DNA from: Candidatus Obscuribacteraceae bacterium
Lineage (GTDB): Bacteria; Cyanobacteriota; Vampirovibrionia; Obscuribacterales; Obscuribacteraceae
Assembly (NCBI GenBank): GCA_044226015.1
Contig: JBGAHS010000007.1
Location: forward strand, 128,001 to 192,000
Direction of reading: 5' to 3'
DNA: 64,000 nt
Part shown: positions 1 to 9,611 of the stretch, piece after piece
Layout: each line of letters begins with the position of its first letter
Position numbering within the stretch: the stretch's first letter is position 1
Translations under genes and position numbers: made by a program
Notes under the pieces: generated by a model
What the model saw: the letters and a program-made list of their open reading frames with translations, nothing else
Databases searched by the model: none
What the model was told of the DNA's origin: nothing

Positions 1-10
1 AGGAGGATGT

Positions 11-856
11 ATGCTTTCTAGGTCAACGATCAAAGCGTTCGTATTCAATAAAGTATTTGCAGCAGGTGCATGTTCGATTGCTTTGCTCAGCATTGGACAA
101 AATGCAGTTGCTGCGGGCTCTGCACCGGACGACTTTTTCAAGAAAGACTTCATTGCAGGAAAACTAAAGGGCTATGACCATGCTTGTTTTGAAATGCTTG
201 ATTGCAAGTCAGGAAAAGTTTTTCGCTACAACGATGAGCAATGCAAGAAAAGAGTTGCTCCCATGTCAACATTCAAAATCTTCAATTCCCTGGCGGGTCT
301 TGAATCAGGAGTCTTGAAAGACGAAAACCATTTCATGAAGTGGGATGGTCAGAAGCGTTGGATTAATTCATGGAATCAAGACCAGACGCTACAATCAGCC
401 GTGACAAATTCTTGTGTCTGGTATTTTCAGAAAGTAGCTTCTGGTGTAGGTGAAGAGCGGATGCAAAAATATATCAATGCCGTTCACTATGGAAATGAAG
501 ACATCAGCGGTGGTATCACTGAATTTTGGCTGAACAAGTCATTGAAGATATCTGCCGATGAGCAGGTTAGCTTTATCAAACGACTCTACTTCGATGAACT
601 GCCGTTTTCAAAGCGATCGATGAAGATTGTTAGGAAGCTAATTGAGGTGAAGAAAACTGAGAAAGGAGAGCTTCATGGAAAAACTGGCACTGATATGGAA
701 AACGATAAGGAAACACTTGGATGGTTTGTTGGATACGTGGTTCATGAGGGCAGACCTTACGTCTTCGCGACTAATTTGCAAGCCAGTGATGGTGCGTTCG
801 GAAAGAAGGCGCGTGAAATAACAGAATCCATTCTGGAAGACGCAGGCTTGTTGTAA
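11..856 (+). CDS. Class D beta-lactamase / penicillin-binding transpeptidase family protein (OXA/YbxI-like), secreted
   Basis: Motifs STFK (SxxK), SCV (SxV), YGN, FWL..SLKIS..EQ and KTGT, plus WFVG. N-terminal signal peptide; AGGAGG upstream of ATG. Confidence 0.9.
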   Translation: MLSRSTIKAFVFNKVFAAGACSIALLSIGQNAVAAGSAPDDFFKKDFIAGKLKGYDHACFEMLDCKSGKVFRYNDEQCKKRVAPMSTFKIFNSLAGLESGVLKDENHFMKWDGQKRWINSWNQDQTLQSAVTNSCVWYFQKVASGVGEERMQKYINAVHYGNEDISGGITEFWLNKSLKISADEQVSFIKRLYFDELPFSKRSMKIVRKLIEVKKTEKGELHGKTGTDMENDKETLGWFVGYVVHEGRPYVFATNLQASDGAFGKKAREITESILEDAGLL

Positions 857-923
857 GTTCGATCACCCAGCAACTCTGCGAATGGAAGAGGCCTTTCGCA
901 TTGTGGTTGAGTGCGCATAACAG

Positions 924-956
924 ACGGAGATTCACAAGCGTGAATCTCCGTTTTCT
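924..956 (+). terminator. Rho-independent terminator
   Basis: 12-bp perfect stem ACGGAGATTCAC-aagc-GTGAATCTCCGT followed by TTTCTT, downstream of the beta-lactamase gene. Confidence 0.8.
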
Positions 957-1003
957 TAGCTTGCATCCTGCACCGGATCCCGACTGAGTTTGCAACCCGC
1001 TGG

Positions 1004-1186
1004 TATCGGATCCTGCGAGAGCCAACATCCTGCTGTATCGGATCCTTCATGAGCTAACATCCTATATCGGATCCTGCAAGCGCTAACATCCTATATCGGA
1101 TCCTGCAAGCGCTAACATCCTACCGGTATCGGATCCTGCGAGAGCCGACAACCTGCTGATACCGGATCATGCGAGCGCTAACATCC
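1004..1186. repeat. Degenerate tandem array, 6 units (five of 29-33 bp, last truncated), consensus about TATCGGATCCTGC(A/G)AGCGCTAACATCCT
   Basis: Units start at 1004, 1036, 1065, 1094, 1127 and 1160. The array lies between convergent genes. Confidence 0.9.
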
Positions 1187-1200
1187 GTCTGGCATTGTAC

Positions 1201-1563
1201 TTATCCGGCATTACTAGCAGGCTTACAGGTCTTTTGCACTCCAAGCACTTTGTTTGCAGTCACATCAGTAGTGAGAAGTTCCTGGAAAATTGTCTTGCCT
1301 TCTTTTGTTCGAATGTTCACGCCTTCAAAAGCAAATTCGTGTTTTGATTTCGGGTCGGTGCCTTTCTCATTTACATGCTCGAAGCTCAGGCGATTGTTCT
1401 CGCGAGATTTCGCTTCTTGCTCGATTTTATCGATGATGCTCATTTGCCCTTTGAAGTCTTTGTTTAAGAGCTGAAATGCTTCGTCAAAAAGCAATCTGCA
1501 TCCATCGTCGCTTTTCTCCATTTTGTCGACTACTGCTTTTACGTCTACTTCTTTGTGTTCCAT
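1201..1563 (-). CDS. Hypothetical protein (120 aa)
   Basis: ATG ORF with an upstream GGGGA SD-like sequence and normal protein composition; no recognised motif. Confidence 0.6.
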   Translation of the reverse strand: MEHKEVDVKAVVDKMEKSDDGCRLLFDEAFQLLNKDFKGQMSIIDKIEQEAKSRENNRLSFEHVNEKGTDPKSKHEFAFEGVNIRTKEGKTIFQELLTTDVTANKVLGVQKTCKPASNAG

Positions 1564-1800
1564 AATGCGCGTCCCCCTGACATTCGCTGAAGGAACTATA
1601 AGTGCGTGTGATTGCAGGTGTCAAAGACTTACGTCAACTCTATTGGCGTATCCACGAAGAAATTGAGAATTGTTGGGCCGTAATTTGTCGGAGAACTTAT
1701 AAACGAGCGTGAGTTGTTTCTTGTGATTAGAGGGATCTTGCTTGCGCAAAATCCCTCTATCGCGAGTCTATTTTTGCTACCGATGCGTTCCCAGATGGAA

Positions 1801-3357
1801 CTACTGAATGGTCACCTGGTTGCTCTTCATCGTGTCTTGAATTGACTTGCACATCTGGTCGGCGTAAGGCTCATATGCCTTGGTTACGACACGTGGGCAA
1901 ACCCCAAGAAGAACGATGAAAACACTCAGTGACAATGCAACAACTCTTTCGGTCATATTCATGTCGCTGAGATGACCCATCCACTTCTGTTGTTCTGGTC
2001 CGTAGAATAGTCTCTTCACAAGCCAGAGCATATAACCAGCTGAGAGAATAACTCCCGACGCTGCAAACCAGCATGCGAAGCGAACCATGTTCGGGTCTGC
2101 TGCGATGCCTGGCGTAGCCATTGGCGAGGTGTAGGTTCCGTAGAAAATAACGACTTCTGCCACAAACCCTGCAAGTCCAGGCAAGCCTAAATTCGCCATT
2201 GCAGCAAGCAGCCAGAAGTAGAAGATGAATGGCATTTGTTTCGCCAGACCGCCGCCGATTTCACGCAAGTCTCTTGTGTGGCAACGCTCGTATACGCAGC
2301 CAACTAGGAAGAACAGTGCGGCTGAAATTACGCCGTGGCTGATCATCTGGAATATTGCACCATTGAGTGCGGCTGCCGACATAGCGCCGACTCCTATCAG
2401 TACGAAGCCCATGTGGCTCACCGATGAGAATGCGATGATTCTCTTCATGTCGGTTTGCACCAGACATGCGACGGCTCCCCAAACTACGTTGAACGCGCCC
2501 AGCAGAATTACGTAAGGACCCCAGCTGGTCATGACTTCAGGGAAGAAGCCAAGGCAGATGCGAACCAAACCGTAGCAACCCATCTTCAACAACAAACCGG
2601 CAAGAATCATTGACACCGGAGTTGGTGCTTCAACGTGAGCGTCGGGCAACCATGTATGGAATGGGAATGATGGCAACTTGATAATGAAAGCGAGGAAGAA
2701 GCCGAGGCAGGCGAGCGCTTGCGCTGGTCGCATCAGTGAGCTTCCTTGCTTAGCAAGCTCGATCATGTCGAATGTCGGAGTTATGCCGTTTACATGCATT
2801 TGGAAGTAAAGGTAGAGAAGTCCGCCGAGCATTAACACACCGCCAAAGAATGTGTACAGCAAGAACTTCATCGCGGCGTAGTCCCTGTTTGGACCACCCC
2901 AGATTGCAATCAAGAAATACATTGGTACGAGTTCCAATTCATACATAATGAAGAATTGGAGCAGGTCTAGTGAAACGAACACGCCCATTATGGAGAGCGT
3001 CAGTAGCATAAGCATGCTGTAGTAAAGTCGCGGTCGTTTTTGACCTATGTTTTGGCTGGCTAATACCGCCATAAACATGATGAACGCTGTGAGCACCACA
3101 AGGCAAAGACTCATTCCGTCTAACCCGACGTGATAGTTCACAGGGAAGGGTGAGCTTATCCAGTTCACTTTGTGCACAAACTGCATTTCAGGATTGTGCG
3201 GGTTGTAGGAAGCTGCGAGCTTGAGTGAAATCAAGCACATCAAGCCTGTGATGTATCCTGCCGCGCCCCGTGATGCTGTCGAAGGCATCAATCCGATCAG
3301 CAATGTGCCGATGAATGGCAGGAATAAAAGGAATGTCAGAAGTAAATTGTCCGGCAC
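1801..3357 (-). CDS. ndhD: NAD(P)H-quinone oxidoreductase subunit 4 (NdhD/NuoM)
   Basis: Polytopic membrane protein with YELELVPMYFLIAIWGG, KLPSFPFHTWLPDAHVEAP, LLKMG, SSVSHMG and NLGLPG motifs; GTG start. Confidence 0.95.
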   Translation of the reverse strand: MPDNLLLTFLLFLPFIGTLLIGLMPSTASRGAAGYITGLMCLISLKLAASYNPHNPEMQFVHKVNWISSPFPVNYHVGLDGMSLCLVVLTAFIMFMAVLASQNIGQKRPRLYYSMLMLLTLSIMGVFVSLDLLQFFIMYELELVPMYFLIAIWGGPNRDYAAMKFLLYTFFGGVLMLGGLLYLYFQMHVNGITPTFDMIELAKQGSSLMRPAQALACLGFFLAFIIKLPSFPFHTWLPDAHVEAPTPVSMILAGLLLKMGCYGLVRICLGFFPEVMTSWGPYVILLGAFNVVWGAVACLVQTDMKRIIAFSSVSHMGFVLIGVGAMSAAALNGAIFQMISHGVISAALFFLVGCVYERCHTRDLREIGGGLAKQMPFIFYFWLLAAMANLGLPGLAGFVAEVVIFYGTYTSPMATPGIAADPNMVRFACWFAASGVILSAGYMLWLVKRLFYGPEQQKWMGHLSDMNMTERVVALSLSVFIVLLGVCPRVVTKAYEPYADQMCKSIQDTMKSNQVTIQ

Positions 3358-3915
3358 CTTAGTAAAGACCTCTTGTGTTCACTTGACCACCGCAAAATTG
3401 CGCGGTTTCAAAGTGGTTTGAGTTCGTTTCAGAGCAAAAATAACCGAAACAGTATAGCGATTTCAGTAAATATTTCAGGACTCTTCCAGTCCCAGGCACT
3501 CAATTTTGGCGCCTTCATCGGCGGTGCCCTTATCAGCACTGCATTGAACTGCCTGAAGGTCGTGCGTATAAATGTTTTTCAGATTTAAGAAGGTATTCTC
3601 TTGCTAACTGAAAGATATAGAAACAGGACTTTTTCTCTTGTCATTTGCTTGAGATTGAAGAATTGTTGAAACCCAGAATAATTTCAACTAAACCTTTCTG
3701 AGCGAAAAAGTCCTGGCAAAAAACTCTCTTTAGCTCACCAGCGCAAGCAAAGTCAGGTCTTGGCAAATCTCCCGGAAGTGGCTTTTCAAGCTGATTGCAA
3801 CTGATCATGCATGCAGCACTTAAAGCCGCTGAAATTGTATATTGTTGGGTTTTAGTAGTTCGCGAAATCTATTCGCCGATCGATATTTGTCAGTACCCAT
3901 TGCGGAGATACTCCC

Positions 3916-5976
3916 TTGTCAGACGTTCCTGCATGCATTGAAAGCGCCAAATGGATTGTGCTTGCGCCATTCATCTCGGGCTTGTTCATAATCACAGGCA
4001 GTGCCATATTCAAGGACAGAATGCCGAAGACGCTATGTATGATGGCGTCAATCGCAGCAGTCATATATGGATTCTACAACTCGCTGCTCATTTTTCAGGA
4101 GCTAAGAGTCGAGCCGATAGTCTTTTTGAAAGACTACACATGGTTTTCGTCGGAGAGTTTCAAACTGACAATTGGTGTCCTTGTCGACAACCTGACCTCG
4201 TCGATGTTGCTGGTAGTAACTGCGGTGAGCCTGTTGGTTCAGGTCTACACCCACGGGTACATGCGTGAAGACCCCGGCTACAGAAGATTCTATTCATACC
4301 TTTCCTTATTTACAGGCTCAATGCTTGGTCTCGTGGTTGCTACCAATCTCTTCCAGATGTTCTTCTTCTGGGAATTGGTAGGCGTTTGCAGTTACTTACT
4401 AATCGGCTTCTGGTGGTACAAAGACAGCGCAGCTGCGGCTTGCGTCAAAGCTTTCGTGGTCAACAGAATCGGCGACTTTGGTTTCATTCTTGGCTTGCTA
4501 GTATTCCTCGGTGCGACCTATGGCTTCTGGCACACGCACATCGATCATGCGATGCTCGCTTTCTATGACCCTGCTGTGCAGTCCGCAATGGATGGCGTGA
4601 CCCTCGCTGGGGCTATCAAATGGGCTATGGCACCTGGTCAAGGGCTGCTTACTCAGGGGCTGCTCACGACAGCTTGCATACTTCTGTTTATGGGACCAAT
4701 GGCAAAGTCTGCTCAATTCCCTCTGCACGTCTGGTTGCCAGATGCGATGGAAGGTCCTACACCAATTTCGGCGCTCATCCATGCTGCGACCATGGTTGCA
4801 GCTGGTGTTTACATGGTCGCCAGAGCTTACCCGATGTGGCTCGACTGGACTCCAGTTGCTCAGGGTGTCGCAACTGACCCCTCACTTGCTAGCACCGGTT
4901 TGGCAGTCGTTGCTTGGATCGGTGGATTCACCGCGTTCATGGCTGCGACAATCGCACTTACTCAGAATGACATCAAGCGCGCTCTTGCTTGGTCAACTGT
5001 ATCTCAGCTGGGTTACATGTTCGTCGGATTGGGTGTTGGCGCATATTCATCAGGTATGTTCCATCTCACAACACACGCATTCTTTAAAGCAATGCTCTTC
5101 CTTTGCAGTGGTGCTGTAATTCACGCATTGCATGGTGAGCAAGACATGCGCAACATGGGCGGGTTGATGAAGAAGATTCCGATCACAGGCGCTTGCTTTG
5201 TGATTGGTACGCTCGCAATTTCCGGTTGCCCTGGACTGGCAGGTTTCTTCTCTAAAGACGAAATCATCGGCTCCGCATTCCACTGGCAGGGTCCTGCTCA
5301 TGACATTCTTGCATGGCTGACCGTCCTCACAGCCGGCATGACAGCGTTCTACATGTTCCGCATGGTGTTCCTCACATTCTTTGGTGAGTACCGTGGTCAT
5401 GCTCATGTGCATGAAGAGAAGAAGCCAGACCCAATGACCTGGCCTTTGATTGTGCTTGCACTTCCATCAATCGCTGCAGGCTGGGTGATGGGCGATGGTA
5501 TGGCGATGATCAATCACCTCAGTGGTGGCGAGTATACAACTCCGTTCGCTCAGTTCTTGCACTTCCTCCATCCGCATGCTGAGGAAATCAACATGGTTGC
5601 AATGGGTTCTGGAACTGCGCTAGCAGTTGTCGGTGTCATCCTCGCTTACATGCTGTACGGTGGCAACAAAGGCTACGAAGCAGATAAGGCTTTCGAAAAA
5701 GCATTGCCAGGAGTTTATAACTTCTCACTGAACCGCTGGTATATGGACAATGTCTACCTCGGCGGTATGAGCATGTTCTTGAACGCGTTCAAGTTCATCT
5801 GGGAAATCATCGACAAATTCCTTGTCGATGGCATCGTAAACAGCTTCCGTTGGATAGTTTATGGATTGGGCAGCTTTATTCGTCTCTCCGAAAATGGCAG
5901 AGGTCAATCATATGCATTGCTCATATTCGCTAGTGTTGCAGTCCTCGGTTTGCTCGCTTATTTCGTTTTCTCTTAA
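3916..5976 (+). CDS. ndhF: NAD(P)H-quinone oxidoreductase subunit 5 (NdhF/NuoL)
   Basis: FWELVGVCSYLLIGFW, NRIGD, KSAQFPLHVWLPDAMEGPTPISALIHAATMV and THAFFKA motifs; TTG start. Confidence 0.95.
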   Translation: MSDVPACIESAKWIVLAPFISGLFIITGSAIFKDRMPKTLCMMASIAAVIYGFYNSLLIFQELRVEPIVFLKDYTWFSSESFKLTIGVLVDNLTSSMLLVVTAVSLLVQVYTHGYMREDPGYRRFYSYLSLFTGSMLGLVVATNLFQMFFFWELVGVCSYLLIGFWWYKDSAAAACVKAFVVNRIGDFGFILGLLVFLGATYGFWHTHIDHAMLAFYDPAVQSAMDGVTLAGAIKWAMAPGQGLLTQGLLTTACILLFMGPMAKSAQFPLHVWLPDAMEGPTPISALIHAATMVAAGVYMVARAYPMWLDWTPVAQGVATDPSLASTGLAVVAWIGGFTAFMAATIALTQNDIKRALAWSTVSQLGYMFVGLGVGAYSSGMFHLTTHAFFKAMLFLCSGAVIHALHGEQDMRNMGGLMKKIPITGACFVIGTLAISGCPGLAGFFSKDEIIGSAFHWQGPAHDILAWLTVLTAGMTAFYMFRMVFLTFFGEYRGHAHVHEEKKPDPMTWPLIVLALPSIAAGWVMGDGMAMINHLSGGEYTTPFAQFLHFLHPHAEEINMVAMGSGTALAVVGVILAYMLYGGNKGYEADKAFEKALPGVYNFSLNRWYMDNVYLGGMSMFLNAFKFIWEIIDKFLVDGIVNSFRWIVYGLGSFIRLSENGRGQSYALLIFASVAVLGLLAYFVFS

Positions 5977-5991
5977 GTAGGAGTTGCAAAA

Positions 5992-6456
5992 ATGTCTGGT
6001 GATGATCATGGACATGGGCATGGGCACGATTCTCATGATGGACCAAGCGACATAATTCCAGTTGATAGCTGGCAAGACAAAATGCTTGCTCTCGTCGCTA
6101 TATTTGCGCTTTGCGGATTTATCTGGTGGGGAACTGGCATCGCTGGTGGTATCACGGTAGCTCATTCTGAGCATCATGGCAGCGCTGGAGCAGAGCATGG
6201 CGCAAGTGCTGAACACGGTGCTAGCGGCGAACATGCTGCCACTTCTGAGCATGCTGGAACTGAAGCAGCTGCAGGGGAACATGCTGCTACTGAAACAGCG
6301 GCTCCGGTCTCTACCGAAACTAACACAGCGGCTTCCACTGATGAACATGCTGGCGCTACAGAAACCGGTACATCTGCGACTACGACAGAACATTCCGCAG
6401 CTGAAGATTCAAGCTCAACCGCTACAGAAACAAAGACCGAGTCAGAGTCTCACTAG
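5992..6456 (+). CDS. His-rich single-pass membrane protein
   Basis: AGGAG SD, 15 nt after the ndhF stop. HGHGHGH N-terminus, one hydrophobic segment and EHxA repeats. Confidence 0.75.
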   Translation: MSGDDHGHGHGHDSHDGPSDIIPVDSWQDKMLALVAIFALCGFIWWGTGIAGGITVAHSEHHGSAGAEHGASAEHGASGEHAATSEHAGTEAAAGEHAATETAAPVSTETNTAASTDEHAGATETGTSATTTEHSAAEDSSSTATETKTESESH

Positions 6457-6480
6457 GTTGTTATTCTCGCTAGGTATACG

Positions 6481-9264
6481 TTACCAATCTCCTAGTTTGA
6501 ATTCTTTGGAGAGCGCTTCGGCTTCTTCTTTTCTGCCCAGGCGCTTGTAACAGGACATTGCTTTTTGCGCAATTTTCTGTGCCTTGAAATCGTCTTCTAG
6601 TTTGCGGGCTGATTCAAGTCCTTCTTTGTAGTAGCTGAGAGCTTGCTCTGGTCGTTTAACACCATCCATCATTTCGCCTGCACCCTCAAGCATGTTTGAG
6701 CGCCAGTCATTTTTTTTCTCGTCAGGACGGGGGTCGGCGGCAATCATTCCTTTGATGTCTTTGACCCAATCTTCGACCAGTGGTGCAAGCTTGTCTGCGT
6801 TCTTTTCTTCACTGTAGTGATACTTCAGTGCATTCAATAAATCGCTTCTAGTGCTCTTTAAACCAACCGGAGCGCCTTTCGCCTTTAGTTCGTTGTAGGT
6901 ATTTTCTAAATCGCTGTACAGTGATTTGCTCAGGTCTGTTTTTCCAAAGTCTTTGCTGATTTGAGCCATTGCAATCTTTGCTTTAGCCGCAACGCTAGTG
7001 TCTCCGTGCGACAATGCTTCTGCTTCTTTGATCGCTGAAAGTGTTTTATCAATTAGTGCTTCTGCTGCTTGTTCATTGCCAGATTTGTGTAGTGTCTCTG
7101 CCACATCTCTAGTAATATCAATGGACTTTTGATCAGAAACGCCGCTCTCCTTTTGTTTTGCAACAGCAGTAGCAGCTAGTAAGTTGACTGTGCGCTCAAG
7201 TGCTTTGCTGTCACCGGCTTCTTTGAAGGCTTTAAGAACATTGTCAGCTGAGACCATTGCCTCTCGCTGCTTCTGAAAATCAGAACTCTTGCTTCCTAGT
7301 TCTTTCAATGCCGTGCCTAGCTTCTGCTCAAGCATCATATTTGCCTCACTGATTCTGTTTTCCATGCCAGCAGCCTTGAAGTCTTTGGCAAGTGTCGAGT
7401 ACAAAGCAGTAGAGTCCTTCAAATTCATGCCGGGAAGAGACTTAGAGAGTTGCGCTCCAATCTTTTCCAATAGCTCTTTCGACTCGTTGTTTCTGTCCCA
7501 TGTTTTGAAGTATTCATTCAACTTCATCTGCTGTTGTAGGACTTTCGCCGGGTTGGCATCGGTATCGGCTTCTAGCTCATTGACGAATTTCTTGTATGAA
7601 TCGATATATTCTTTGGCGTTCTTTTCGCGATCAATTTTCTCAGTGTTTGCTGCTTGATCATTTGCCTTTTTAGTTGATTCATCTTCGCCTTTGACAGCCT
7701 TGAAGATGTCCTTCAGATCAACTGCTGGCTTGCTTCCCTTTTCTCCCGTGTGGTCGACATTATTTCCCCACTGGTTTTCTAAAACTGTTTTATTGGATTT
7801 TGAATCAAAGTCGAAAACTGCGACTGCGTGGTGCCCATGAATATCTTCTGGTTCGCGCCCACCGTTTTCTGATTTTTTCTTGGTATAGAATGCATCTTTG
7901 AGGTCGGTCTTGAAGGGCTCTACGTTTGTGTGCACACCCAACACTATAGCCGGCAAGACACCATTATTGTCTTTGCGAGCCTTCTCGATGAAGTCTTTCA
8001 ATTCCTCTTCAGATTTTGGCTTGAAAACAGGGTCGCTGCCACCAGCACTGATGACTTTTAGATTGCCTTTGTTTCCTTGCAATTGGTTATACATATCATT
8101 GATGTTAGCCATATCCAAGATTCGAGGACCTGAAACCGGACGGCTTTCAGACGAACCCGCATATACGTTCGGGTCTACTTTTAAGCCAGGATCATTCGTT
8201 GCTACCTGCTCAGTTATTGGCTGCGGGTGCTCCTGGGAATAGTCCATCAAGCGTGTGCGATCATCCGAGAGGTTATCGCGCACGTGTCCCTCTTCGTATT
8301 TGATTTTTCCAACAAGTTTATTGTTGTCGCCATCGAGTCCGGCCTGGCGCTGCCAGAAAACATTTAGCAAACCAATTTGCGCTAGTTGATCGACGGAGTT
8401 GCGCGAGTAAAGAGACTCTTCAGTGTGGTATTTGTCTGGCTTGAGATTCTTCTCGTTAGGCTTGATCAGCGTTCCATCAACTGTTTTGTATTCACCCGTC
8501 AGAGCAAGGTCTCTAACAAGACCACCAACTGTTGCCGGTTCAGCCTTAAACAAAGCCGACTGCAATGCCGCCGCGGTGCAAGTACCATACGAACCCTGGT
8601 TGACACTGCCCGGCTTTGCCGCTTCCTTCATCATGTCTGAGGCAATTGTCTGTAGGTACGCGCTGTCGAAATTTTTGTTGCCGCTTTTGCTCGCGTCAAG
8701 AACATCACGAACCTGTCCATAGAATTTTTCTTTCTGATCTTGTGGCAGCTTATCCTTCTCGGCTCTGGATTCGAATGCTTCTACATGTTTGAGAAACTCT
8801 GTGCGTTGTGCGTCATCCTTCAGGTGCATTGCTGCACTCTCTGCCAAGCCCTCGCGACTTATTCGACCGGCTTGACCCGCGTCATGTGCGACATCGTTTC
8901 TACCATCTTTTGTATCAGCTTTGCTTTCCGGTCCGCTGGCATCTGACTTTGAACCTTCTTTGACGTTGCCGCTTGCTTCGCTTTTTGCTGTATCGGTTTT
9001 TGCATCCTTCTTAGCGCCTTCTCCGGTTTTGCCACTCTTTTCTTCACTGGTTGGAGAAAAGTCTATTACTCCAGCTGCGAGATCCACCGCAGCCTTTGAA
9101 AATGACTTTCCGAGATCTGTGTTACTCAGGTTCTGAGCTATTTGACTGAAAATTTTACTGTCAAACTTCAATAGGTCTTCGGCGGAAAAGCCTTTAGCCG
9201 CATCGTTGGGCTCGTTGTCCACATCAGCGTCGACCGGCTTTTTCTTCTCTTCTGCTTGTTCCAC
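6481..9264 (-). CDS. Putative papain/calpain-like cysteine protease with C-terminal helical/TPR-like region (927 aa)
   Basis: NQGSYGTC (Cys229), HAVAV (His479) and ENQWG (Asn497). C-terminal TPR-like ALSYYKEGLE. GTG start with GGGAGG SD. Confidence 0.7.
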   Translation of the reverse strand: MEQAEEKKKPVDADVDNEPNDAAKGFSAEDLLKFDSKIFSQIAQNLSNTDLGKSFSKAAVDLAAGVIDFSPTSEEKSGKTGEGAKKDAKTDTAKSEASGNVKEGSKSDASGPESKADTKDGRNDVAHDAGQAGRISREGLAESAAMHLKDDAQRTEFLKHVEAFESRAEKDKLPQDQKEKFYGQVRDVLDASKSGNKNFDSAYLQTIASDMMKEAAKPGSVNQGSYGTCTAAALQSALFKAEPATVGGLVRDLALTGEYKTVDGTLIKPNEKNLKPDKYHTEESLYSRNSVDQLAQIGLLNVFWQRQAGLDGDNNKLVGKIKYEEGHVRDNLSDDRTRLMDYSQEHPQPITEQVATNDPGLKVDPNVYAGSSESRPVSGPRILDMANINDMYNQLQGNKGNLKVISAGGSDPVFKPKSEEELKDFIEKARKDNNGVLPAIVLGVHTNVEPFKTDLKDAFYTKKKSENGGREPEDIHGHHAVAVFDFDSKSNKTVLENQWGNNVDHTGEKGSKPAVDLKDIFKAVKGEDESTKKANDQAANTEKIDREKNAKEYIDSYKKFVNELEADTDANPAKVLQQQMKLNEYFKTWDRNNESKELLEKIGAQLSKSLPGMNLKDSTALYSTLAKDFKAAGMENRISEANMMLEQKLGTALKELGSKSSDFQKQREAMVSADNVLKAFKEAGDSKALERTVNLLAATAVAKQKESGVSDQKSIDITRDVAETLHKSGNEQAAEALIDKTLSAIKEAEALSHGDTSVAAKAKIAMAQISKDFGKTDLSKSLYSDLENTYNELKAKGAPVGLKSTRSDLLNALKYHYSEEKNADKLAPLVEDWVKDIKGMIAADPRPDEKKNDWRSNMLEGAGEMMDGVKRPEQALSYYKEGLESARKLEDDFKAQKIAQKAMSCYKRLGRKEEAEALSKEFKLGDW

Positions 9265-9611
9265 AGCCGCAAACCTCCCGCGTCTACTGAATCAGGCATA
9301 TTGAAGAACGCCCGATTGTCTGCTTATGATATTGGGGCGGTTTGACATTTTAGTGACTTTCGCCCCCACCCCATTAATAATGAAGGCTTCTCGCTGAGCG
9401 AAGTGACATCGACGCAAGAACCGAGAAGCCTTGCGGTCTCTCGGTTGCGGGGTGTCCTTTTTCTAAATGTCCGCAGTTTTGGTGTTGCACCAATGAGCTC
9501 GATCCCTCAAGCCCCCCACTGGGGTTGCTGCGTTATTCATTTGTACTTACATAACTCTAGACTTCTAGAAATTAGGCAAGTTCCCAATGAAAGATAAAAT
9601 CGCTGGCACGC

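Noticed and set aside
1004..1186. CRISPR array or coding repeat (ORFs 757-1050, 771-1028, 1169-1474)
   Set aside because: There are no spacers and unit lengths are mixed (29-33). The overlapping ORFs are antisense shadows or repeat-derived.
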